Part shown: positions 1 to 6,679 of the stretch, piece by piece
Position numbering within the stretch: position 1 is the stretch's first letter
Layout: each line of letters opens with the position of its first letter
Origin: an uncultured virus (IMG/VR IMGVR_UViG_3300031951_000103)
Taxonomy: Duplodnaviria > Heunggongvirae > Uroviricota > Caudoviricetes
Virus record (IMG/VR): IMGVR_UViG_3300031951_000103
Length of the DNA: 64,000 bases
Direction: 5' to 3' (one strand)
Program-made: the position numbers and the translations under genes
Notes under the pieces: model-generated
Told to the model about the DNA's origin: nothing
Database searches by the model: none
What the model saw: only the letters and a program-made list of their open reading frames with translations

Positions 1-26
1 CTCCTTGCGGGATTGTTAATGTAATA

Positions 27-263
27 TTAACTTGTTCTTACATAAACTTCAGTATTAACAAGGTTATCATTAATAGTAACAAGCCAGTTATTACCGCTAC
101 CATCTTCTGGCCTAATACCATTTATAATACCACGAATATAAGATCCTTCTGGATTATGTAAGATAATAGCAACTCGGCCCCTATCCTGCATTTTCTTACA
201 AAGCCACTCATAACTATAAACAGGAACTTTACTATTAACAACCATACCAGAAAGCGTACCCAT
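27..263 (-). CDS. small early-region hypothetical protein (78 aa)
   Basis: ORF track; AAGGA RBS immediately upstream; last complete gene of a tightly packed minus-strand operon. Confidence 0.75.
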   Translation of the reverse strand: MGTLSGMVVNSKVPVYSYEWLCKKMQDRGRVAIILHNPEGSYIRGIINGIRPEDGSGNNWLVTINDNLVNTEVYVRTS

Positions 264-274
264 GTTATATTCCT

Positions 275-391
275 TTACATTGTTAACATAACAGCAACGG
301 CCAATGATTTACGATCATAACATCCGTAGATACTATTACCAATTTTAATCGTCCAAAATCCCGGTTTATTAGGATGATTTACAACCTTCAT
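275..391 (-). CDS. small hypothetical protein, 38 aa (MKVVNHPNKPGFWTIKIGNSIYGCYDRKSLAVAVMLTM), not in ORF track
   Basis: Translated by hand; ATGA overlap with the upstream ORF stop; GAGGAGG RBS upstream; fills the operon gap. Confidence 0.65.
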   Translation of the reverse strand: MKVVNHPNKPGFWTIKIGNSIYGCYDRKSLAVAVMLTM

Positions 392-549
392 GCAAAATCC
401 TCCTCACCTTGCATATCTTCGGGATAATCGGTATCGGCGTCGATCCATGTATCATCATACCATCCATCATCATCATTTACAATCCACTCATTACCATTAT
501 CATCTACCATCATACTATCGTTAATAATACGCTCAAAAGAATGATACAT
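388..549 (-). CDS. very acidic 53-aa protein (MYHSFERIINDSMMVDDNGNEWIVNDDDGWYDDTWIDADTDYPEDMQGEEDFA), not in ORF track
   Basis: Translated by hand; GAAAGG RBS upstream; translationally coupled to 275..391. Confidence 0.7.
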   Translation of the reverse strand: MYHSFERIINDSMMVDDNGNEWIVNDDDGWYDDTWIDADTDYPEDMQGEEDFA

Positions 550-568
550 TGTAATATTACCTTTCTAC

Positions 569-775
569 TTAAACGGGTTGACCATTACAAATCGAGCAGG
601 ACCATCCGCCCGTGATATCATCCATATAAAAACTTTTATAAGCGTTATCAGACTGCTTAATAATTACCAACATACGATCCCCGATAGACTTCACACTCTC
701 CACCACACCCTTAAAGATTCTACCATCCTTCCGGGTGCCACGGAAACCATACCCAACATAATCGGAAATCTTCAT
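569..775 (-). CDS. small beta-rich early protein (68 aa), paralogue of 1280..1501
   Basis: GAAAGGG RBS; directly downstream of promoter 799-826; shares R.DGR.F.G..E.V motif with 1280..1501. Confidence 0.75.
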   Translation of the reverse strand: MKISDYVGYGFRGTRKDGRIFKGVVESVKSIGDRMLVIIKQSDNAYKSFYMDDITGGWSCSICNGQPV

Positions 776-798
776 TTTCTGTCCCTTTCTTTTTCCCT

Positions 799-826
799 GT
801 TATACATTACCTATCGGCAATTGCAA
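799..826 (-). promoter_or_regulatory. early promoter copy 1: TTGCAA-16 bp (containing GCCGATA)-TATAAC
   Basis: One of three near-identical motifs, each directly upstream of an RBS plus ATG; upstream T-tract. Confidence 0.65.
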
Positions 827-858
827 GCGGAAAAAATTAGAGGAAAAATTATTTTTTT

Positions 859-874
859 TGGCATGATAATTGCT
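859..874 (+). promoter_or_regulatory. sigma54 (RpoN)-type -24/-12 site TGGCATGATAATTGCT
   Basis: Matches TGGCACG-N4-TTGCW with exact GG/GC spacing. Confidence 0.6.
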
Positions 875-876
875 CG

Positions 877-892
877 TGCAAAAACTGTGCCA
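877..892 (-). promoter_or_regulatory. sigma54-type -24/-12 site TGGCACAGTTTTTGCA
   Basis: Near-perfect consensus on the minus strand; faces 859-874. Confidence 0.65.
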
Positions 893-908
893 AAACTTTT
901 TTTGCGAT

Positions 909-924
909 TGGTACGATATTTGCT
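909..924 (+). promoter_or_regulatory. sigma54-type -24/-12 site TGGTACGATATTTGCT
   Basis: GG-N10-GC spacing with TTGCT. Confidence 0.55.
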
Positions 925-928
925 CTGC

Positions 929-972
929 CTGCCATTTTGGCAGTCCGGGCCCGCCGTCTGCCATTTTGGCAG
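929..972. repeat. two identical palindromic sites CTGCCATTTTGGCAG (929-943 and 958-972), UAS/operator-like
   Basis: Exact 15-bp direct repeat with dyad CTGCCA-N3-TGGCAG, 29-bp period, next to the sigma54-type sites. Confidence 0.8.
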
Positions 973-974
973 TT

Positions 975-1243
975 CCCCTACCGTAGTGGGGGTGGCGTTT
1001 TGTTCATCCCCTATATTTGGGGGGATAACTCCCAAGCCATACCATATGGTCCCTCCACTCCCTCGCGTGGGGGGTTCCGTGCCTCTTGCGAATGAGGCGG
1101 AGTTGTGCCGCGAGCGTACCCCTATAAATGGGGGATGGGTCGCGTTGAATCCACTCCCCTATCCACTTATTCGCGGGAACCGCTACCAAAAGTCTATGAT
1201 CAAAAACTTGCATGATTTTTCTTTCTATCCCCCCATAAGGGGG
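975..1243. repeat. cluster of five CCCC-N7-GGGG-type palindromic boxes
   Basis: Copies at about 975-992, 1008-1024, 1058-1074, 1119-1134 and 1229-1243. Confidence 0.7.
1004..1213 (-). CDS. small basic early protein (69 aa from ATG 1213)
   Basis: Internal ATG of track ORF 1004..1252, preceded by purine-rich GGGATAGAAAGAAAAA; same strand as neighbours. Confidence 0.55.
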   Translation of the reverse strand: MQVFDHRLLVAVPANKWIGEWIQRDPSPIYRGTLAAQLRLIRKRHGTPHAREWRDHMVWLGSYPPKYRG

Positions 1244-1279
1244 AGGTTTCAAAGTACCCCTCTAATGGCCGGTCTATGG

Positions 1280-1501
1280 TCAAACTTCGACCGGGCGAAA
1301 ATCGTCCAGTTCCACAGTGGCACAATTTTCAAGGTAGACCGTAGCGTAGTCCTTCCCTCCGTTGCTCCACCCTTCAAAAATCACCACCATGGTACCCTTT
1401 GCGGTTTCGCGGACTTTTTCGATCATGCCCTGAAACTTCCGGCCATCGTTCCGAATGACAAAGATATACATTCCGGCGGAAGGCAGCATTTTCATTTTCA
1501 T
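1280..1501 (-). CDS. small beta-rich early protein (73 aa), paralogue of 569..775
   Basis: AGGA RBS; downstream of promoter 1536-1563; similarity to 569..775. Confidence 0.75.
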   Translation of the reverse strand: MKMKMLPSAGMYIFVIRNDGRKFQGMIEKVRETAKGTMVVIFEGWSNGGKDYATVYLENCATVELDDFRPVEV

Positions 1502-1535
1502 TTTCCTATTCTAAGGTTATCGTTCCGTTTCCACT

Positions 1536-1563
1536 ATCCTATATTTCATATCGGCATTGTCAA
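1536..1563 (-). promoter_or_regulatory. early promoter copy 2: TTGACA-16 bp (GCCGATA)-TAGGAT
   Basis: Perfect -35 hexamer; repeated motif upstream of a gene. Confidence 0.7.
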
Positions 1564-1573
1564 ACGAAAAAAA

Positions 1574-1681
1574 TTAGACGTTCTCGATTGTTTCCAAAAT
1601 GATTCTCCGTTGGGCTTCGTTCCGAACGATTGTGGAGTGTACCAAAATTGCCACAAGATTTTCGATCATTTTCGTTCTCAT
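1574..1681 (-). CDS. 35-aa peptide (MRTKMIENLVAILVHSTIVRNEAQRRIILETIENV), not in ORF track
   Basis: GGAG RBS; lies between promoter copies 3 and 2. Confidence 0.6.
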   Translation of the reverse strand: MRTKMIENLVAILVHSTIVRNEAQRRIILETIENV

Positions 1682-1701
1682 GATTTTTCTCCGTTTCCCC
1701 A

Positions 1702-1729
1702 AGGATACATTCTATATCGGCATTGTCAA
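1702..1729 (-). promoter_or_regulatory. early promoter copy 3: TTGACA-16 bp (GCCGATA)-TATCCT
   Basis: Perfect -35 hexamer; repeated motif upstream of a gene. Confidence 0.7.
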
Positions 1730-1771
1730 ATGGAAAAAAATAGCATGGTGAAAAGTTCACCGCTCGATTTT

Positions 1772-1787
1772 TGGCATGATTTTTGCT
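1772..1787 (+). promoter_or_regulatory. sigma54-type -24/-12 site TGGCATGATTTTTGCT
   Basis: Consensus match; near-identical to 859-874. Confidence 0.6.
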
Positions 1788-1807
1788 TGAAATATTCTAG
1801 GCTGTTT

Positions 1808-1896
1808 CCCCACGTTAGGGGGGTTGGCGTCATTCCCCACGTTAGGGGGGTTTTTTTGTTTTACCACGATTGGGGGGTGTCACCCCCAAAACGGGG
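1808..1896. repeat. second cluster of CCCC-N7-GGGG-type boxes, including two exact TTCCCCACGTTAGGGGGGTT copies
   Basis: Copies at 1808-1823, 1835-1850, 1864-1877 and 1883-1896. Confidence 0.75.
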
Positions 1897-1963
1897 CGGT
1901 GGTATAAACACAATAAGTACTTCATATATAATTGGCCAGTTTAATAGCCACTATTTATAAATT

Positions 1964-1995
1964 AAAAAAAAGCAAGAGATCCATAGACCCCTTGC
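1964..1995 (-). terminator. intrinsic terminator after 2028..2252
   Basis: Minus strand GCAAGGGGTC-TATG-GATCTCTTGC hairpin (two G-U pairs) followed by T8. Confidence 0.75.
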
Positions 1996-2027
1996 TTCTT
2001 TAGTATCACATTCCTATCTTCCAACTA

Positions 2028-2252
2028 TCAAATAGTAGTCTCCGTTTCGTTATTTTTAACTAATGGTCTACGACCTCGTGGCTTAACAATACTTAATTTT
2101 CGTCTTTGGCGCCTAACCATACCCACAGTAATTACTCTTGATCCGTCTATCTTATTCAAGTATTGAGCAATTTCTTCGTCTTTCATAGTTTTGGCATTAT
2201 TTGCCACAAACTCCAACTCTTCTTTTGTCCACTTTTTATATGTTTTTGACAT
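2028..2252 (-). CDS. small HTH/Myb-like DNA-binding protein (GcrA N-terminal-like)
   Basis: WTKEE..F...EIA..L...T...VRR..RKL pattern with basic RGRRP tail; AAGGAG RBS; TTGACC-16-TATGTT upstream (2295-2322). Confidence 0.7.
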   Translation of the reverse strand: MSKTYKKWTKEELEFVANNAKTMKDEEIAQYLNKIDGSRVITVGMVRRQRRKLSIVKPRGRRPLVKNNETETTI

Positions 2253-2332
2253 AAATGTCTCCTTATTTGCTAAAAGTGTATTATCTACTATAATAACATA
2301 AATAGATCAAAATTTCGGTCAAGGTATATTTT

Positions 2333-2500
2333 ATGAAAAACCCCCATAATTTAATTTCTTCCACATTAAAAACTGTAGCTTGTGATAATATAGTTAGTGA
2401 ATATGAACTAACCCAAGCTAATGATAAAAACCTACAGGATATATTAAATGAGCAAAACAAAAAAGATAAAGAAAGAGACGAAGAGCAAACTACCCAATAA
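2333..2500 (+). CDS. possible 55-aa hypothetical protein, not in ORF track
   Basis: AAGG RBS plus ATG downstream of the AGTGTAT motif; overlaps the start of 2448..3089 in another frame. Confidence 0.35.
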   Translation: MKNPHNLISSTLKTVACDNIVSEYELTQANDKNLQDILNEQNKKDKERDEEQTTQ

Positions 2501-3089
2501 TGTTAGCGAACAAGAATTTTTACAAGTTTGGGAAAAAATTAGTAAAAAATTAGGATATAAATTTAAATTTGGATATCATAGTCACGAAGACATGAAGCAA
2601 CAAGCAGCAATATTCGCCCTAGAAGGTTTAAAAAATTATGATAATAGTCGCCCACTAGAAAATTTTTTATGGACCCATGTTAGAAATAGGTTGTTTAATT
2701 ACAAAAGAGACAATTATCAAAGACCAGACAAACCATGTTTAACATGTCCTCTTTATAATAGTAAAGATAAAATTTGTACAGAATTTACGAATACTATGGA
2801 CTGTTCATTATACGAAGGATGGGTTAAAAGAAATGATGCTAAAAAAAATATAATGAAACCAGTAAATATGGAAAGTATAGTACATACTCCAAACGAATTA
2901 TCTTATGAAAATTTATTTGAAAGTATCAGCAATAAAGAAATTTTAAATATTATAGATAACAATATTAGCATTAAAAATCGCCCCATATTTCTTAAAATTA
3001 AAGGTGGTAGCAAAGTATTAAAAAGCGATATGAAAAAACTTCTTAACGAAATTAAAAAAATCTTAAAAAATCATGACATCCAATTCTAA
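2448..3089 (+). CDS. phage-encoded sigma70-family (region 2) RNA polymerase sigma factor, putative late sigma
   Basis: EDMKQQAAIFALEGLKNYD..RPLENFLWTHVRNRLFNYKR resembles sigma regions 2.2-2.4; Cys4 insert follows. Confidence 0.7.
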   Translation: MSKTKKIKKETKSKLPNNVSEQEFLQVWEKISKKLGYKFKFGYHSHEDMKQQAAIFALEGLKNYDNSRPLENFLWTHVRNRLFNYKRDNYQRPDKPCLTCPLYNSKDKICTEFTNTMDCSLYEGWVKRNDAKKNIMKPVNMESIVHTPNELSYENLFESISNKEILNIIDNNISIKNRPIFLKIKGGSKVLKSDMKKLLNEIKKILKNHDIQF

Positions 3090-3909
3090 TAATTCGGCCC
3101 CTAAAAAACGAGGTCAACTAAGCTTAGATGAAGAAAAATTTATTAGAGAAAATATACAATCTCTGACTATTGATCAAATAGCCCACAACTTAAATCGTAA
3201 TCCTGCACCAATAAAAAGATATATCTCTGAGACTAACTTATATCAAAATTCTGATCAACAAAAAGAAGACGAACTATTAAAACAAAAACTCTATAGTAAA
3301 AGTTTCTGGAGCGAAATCAAAAAACAATTTGATGATGAGAGTGGAGAATTAGAATATTTTGAAAATGTATGGGTTAATTTAATCAAACAATTTCGTGAAG
3401 ATGTATTACCAGCAGAAGAACTTCAGATTAAACAATTTATTACCATAGATATTCTTATTAACAGAAGCATGAAAGAACGCAAACGACACATTACCGAAAC
3501 GGAAAAACTACAACGTCTTGTTGATAAAGAATATGAAAAACCCGAAGACCAAAGAGATGTTCCAAAACTTGCTAATTTAGAAACTCAATTAACTTTCGCC
3601 CGAAATAGTATTGCTAGTTATACTAACGAATATACCAAGCTCCTTGCTGAACAACAAAAAATAAGCAAAGATCTAAAAGCCACAAGAGAACAACGTATTA
3701 AAAGAATCGAAGATGGCAAAAGCAGCTGGGTTGGATTAATTCGTATGTTAGAAGACGAAGAAATAAGAGAAAAAGAAGGGCGCGAAATGGTAATACTTAA
3801 TATGGCCACAGAAAAAGCTAAACAAAAATTGAGTGAATATCATCAATATCAAGATGGCAAAGTAGATATTCCACTATTAACACCAGAAGTTGTTTTAAAA
3901 AATGACTAG
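3073..3909 (+). CDS. HTH plus coiled-coil protein, candidate terminase small subunit
   Basis: N-terminal HTH (LTIDQIAHNLNR), helical coiled coil, upstream of TerL. Confidence 0.45.
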   Translation: MTSNSNNSAPKKRGQLSLDEEKFIRENIQSLTIDQIAHNLNRNPAPIKRYISETNLYQNSDQQKEDELLKQKLYSKSFWSEIKKQFDDESGELEYFENVWVNLIKQFREDVLPAEELQIKQFITIDILINRSMKERKRHITETEKLQRLVDKEYEKPEDQRDVPKLANLETQLTFARNSIASYTNEYTKLLAEQQKISKDLKATREQRIKRIEDGKSSWVGLIRMLEDEEIREKEGREMVILNMATEKAKQKLSEYHQYQDGKVDIPLLTPEVVLKND

Positions 3910-4165
3910 AGACTATAGTGATCCACAATATAAAAAATGGAGACAATCTATAAGACAAAGAGATAAAAGTAAATGTCAATGGCCTAATTGTAATAGCTCG
4001 CTTAAAATACATGCTCATCATATTATGCCATGGAGCAATTTTCCATCACTAAGATATGATATTAATAATGGTATATGTTTATGTAAAATTCATCATGACT
4101 TAATAAAAAGCAATGAAGAATCATATGCCCCATTATTTTTTAAAATACTTAAAAATAAATCATGA
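3902..4165 (+). CDS. HNH endonuclease (packaging-associated)
   Basis: RD..KCQWPNC...HAHHI...NGICLCKIHH HNH motif. Confidence 0.9.
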   Translation: MTRDYSDPQYKKWRQSIRQRDKSKCQWPNCNSSLKIHAHHIMPWSNFPSLRYDINNGICLCKIHHDLIKSNEESYAPLFFKILKNKS

Positions 4166-4638
4166 ATAATAATTTTACTATTATAATAGACACAAGAGAG
4201 CAAAAGCCGTGGACTTTTGAAGAACACGCAACCGCTCATCATAAATTAGACACCGGAGACTATAGCATAGAAGGATTACAAGAAATAGTAGCTATAGAAA
4301 GAAAAAGAAATGTTGCGGAAGTAGCCAACAATATCACAGAAAGTAGATTTCAAGATGTTGTTGATAGGTTAAAAAAAATAAAATACCCATTTGTATTATT
4401 AGAATTTAATTTAGACGATGTAATGAGATATCCAATTGGTTCTACTATACCTAAAAAACTATGGAGTAAAATTAGAATAACACCAAATTTTATTATTAAA
4501 CATCTATTAGACCTAGAATTAGAACATAACATAAAAATTATTTTTTGTGGTAATTCATCAAATGCTGAAAAAATGGCTCTTAATATCCTAAAACGTATTT
4601 ATAAAAAATCTTTAATTCAGGACAATAACAATGTTTGA
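4162..4638 (+). CDS. ERCC4/XPF-type nuclease domain protein
   Basis: IIDTREQ...LDTGDYS...IERK motifs. Confidence 0.85.
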   Translation: MNNNFTIIIDTREQKPWTFEEHATAHHKLDTGDYSIEGLQEIVAIERKRNVAEVANNITESRFQDVVDRLKKIKYPFVLLEFNLDDVMRYPIGSTIPKKLWSKIRITPNFIIKHLLDLELEHNIKIIFCGNSSNAEKMALNILKRIYKKSLIQDNNNV

Positions 4639-6634
4639 TGATGCGTGGCTAAACCTAGGCGAACTTTCTAAGATTACAATTCCTAAAAATCCTATGATAA
4701 ATAGGAATAAAAAAGATATAGAAAATCCAGACTCTCACCTATTAAAACTCTTAAGAAATCCGGCTAATTTTGGATCCACATGCAAACTCCTTTTTGATAT
4801 TGAACTCCATCCTGTACAAATTGCTATATTACAAGAATTTTGGATAAGGCCATTTCCTATGTTTATTGCTAGTCGTGGTTTCGGCAAAAGTTTTTTAATG
4901 GCATTATATTGCACATTAAAATGTATATTAGTTCCAGGAACAAAAATCGTTGTTGTTGGAGCTGCTTTCCGACAAAGCAAGTTAGTTTTTGAATATATGG
5001 AAACTCTATGGAGAAACAGCGCTATTTTACGAAGTATTTTTAATGGCAATGATGACGGACCAAGGAGAGATGTTGATAGATGCACAATGAGGCTTGGAGA
5101 TAGTTGGACTATAGCTATCCCAATGGGCGATGGAAGCAAAATTAGAGGTTTGAGAGCGCACATTATCATAGCTGACGAATTTGCAAGTATTAGTCCTGAT
5201 ATTTATGAAACCGTAGTATCAGGTTTCGCAGCAGTGTCTGCTACTCCTATACAAAACGTTAAAAAAGAAGCAAAAAAGCAAGCTATGAAAGAAGCTGGTA
5301 TATGGAACGACGATCTTGAACAACTTAATTTTAAAATGGGTAATCAAGCAATTATAGCTGGTACAGCAGATTATGCATTTAAACATTTTGCCTCTTATTG
5401 GAAAAGATATAAAGCAATTATAGAAAGCAAAGGAGAAAAACATAAATTAGAAGAAATTTTTAAAGGAGAAGTTCCAGAAAATTTTAACTGGAAAGATTAT
5501 AGTATTATTCGTATTCCATACGAACTCATTCCTAAAGGGTTTATGGATGACAAACAAGTAGCACGAGCCAAAGCAACAATACACACAGGCATATACAACA
5601 TGGAATATGCCGCTTGTTTTACAGAAGATAGCGATGGATTTTTTAAGCGTAGTCTTATAGAGAGTTGTGTAGTTAAAGACAACAATCCAGTTCTCATTAA
5701 TAATGAAAAAATTATTTTTGAACCTAAAATTTTTGGAGATTTAAAACATAAGTATGTTTATGGCATTGATCCGGCTAGTGAAAAAGATAATTTTAGTATA
5801 GTTGTATTAGAGATGCATCCTAACCATAATAGAGTTGTTTATTGTTGGACTACTAATAGAACAAATTTTAAAGAAAGACAAAATGCAGGACTAGTAAACG
5901 AACATGATTTTTATGGATTTTGCGCTAGAAAAATTCGTAATCTAATGAAAGTATTTCCTTGTGAAAGAATAGGTATTGACGCTCAAGGCGGCGGTATAGC
6001 GATAGAGGAAGCTTTGCATGATCCAGGAAAATTAGAAGAAGGAGAGCATTTAATTTGGCCAATCATAGAAGATAAACCTAAAGATACAGACGATCAACAA
6101 GGACTTCATATTTTAGAATTAGTGCAGTTTGCAAGAGCCGATTGGACAAGCCAAGCTAATCATGGTTTACGCAAAGATTTAGAAGATAAAGCCTTATTAT
6201 TTCCTAGATTTGATGAACTTAGTTTAGTATTAGCTTTAGATCAAGAAAATAGAAATATACAAACAGCAGACTTGACACCTATTTATGATAGTATTAGCGA
6301 GTGTATTCTAGAAATAGAAGAATTAAAAAATGAATTAACAACTATAGTTATGACCCAAACTAGTACAGGCTCTGGAGCTAGAGATAGATGGGACACTCCT
6401 GATGTTAAACTTCCAAACGGCAAAAAGGGTAAATTACGCAAAGACAGATATAGTGCTTTATTAATAGCTAATATGATAGCTAGACAAATTAATAGATCAA
6501 TTGCTCCAGTATCTTATGAAGTAATTGGAACAAATGCTTCATTAGCAACAAAAAATAATGGACAAATGTATAAGGGGCCAAGTTGGTTTACAGACTCAGC
6601 AAATGATGATATTTATATAGGAATATACAAATAA
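4631..6634 (+). CDS. terL: terminase large subunit
   Basis: Walker A ASRGFGKS, IRGLRA..IIADEF Walker B, RNase-H-like YGIDPA, C-terminal KDRYSA. Confidence 0.93.
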   Translation: MFDDAWLNLGELSKITIPKNPMINRNKKDIENPDSHLLKLLRNPANFGSTCKLLFDIELHPVQIAILQEFWIRPFPMFIASRGFGKSFLMALYCTLKCILVPGTKIVVVGAAFRQSKLVFEYMETLWRNSAILRSIFNGNDDGPRRDVDRCTMRLGDSWTIAIPMGDGSKIRGLRAHIIIADEFASISPDIYETVVSGFAAVSATPIQNVKKEAKKQAMKEAGIWNDDLEQLNFKMGNQAIIAGTADYAFKHFASYWKRYKAIIESKGEKHKLEEIFKGEVPENFNWKDYSIIRIPYELIPKGFMDDKQVARAKATIHTGIYNMEYAACFTEDSDGFFKRSLIESCVVKDNNPVLINNEKIIFEPKIFGDLKHKYVYGIDPASEKDNFSIVVLEMHPNHNRVVYCWTTNRTNFKERQNAGLVNEHDFYGFCARKIRNLMKVFPCERIGIDAQGGGIAIEEALHDPGKLEEGEHLIWPIIEDKPKDTDDQQGLHILELVQFARADWTSQANHGLRKDLEDKALLFPRFDELSLVLALDQENRNIQTADLTPIYDSISECILEIEELKNELTTIVMTQTSTGSGARDRWDTPDVKLPNGKKGKLRKDRYSALLIANMIARQINRSIAPVSYEVIGTNASLATKNNGQMYKGPSWFTDSANDDIYIGIYK

Positions 6635-6679
6635 GTGTGTAATACAATTATAATACCATTACAATAAAATTATATAATT

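Noticed and set aside
578..1960. 460-aa plus-strand ORF
   Set aside because: Antisense shadow: it is in codon register with four minus-strand genes that have RBSs or promoters, crosses regulatory repeats, has no RBS and no protein-like composition. Its length is still somewhat surprising.
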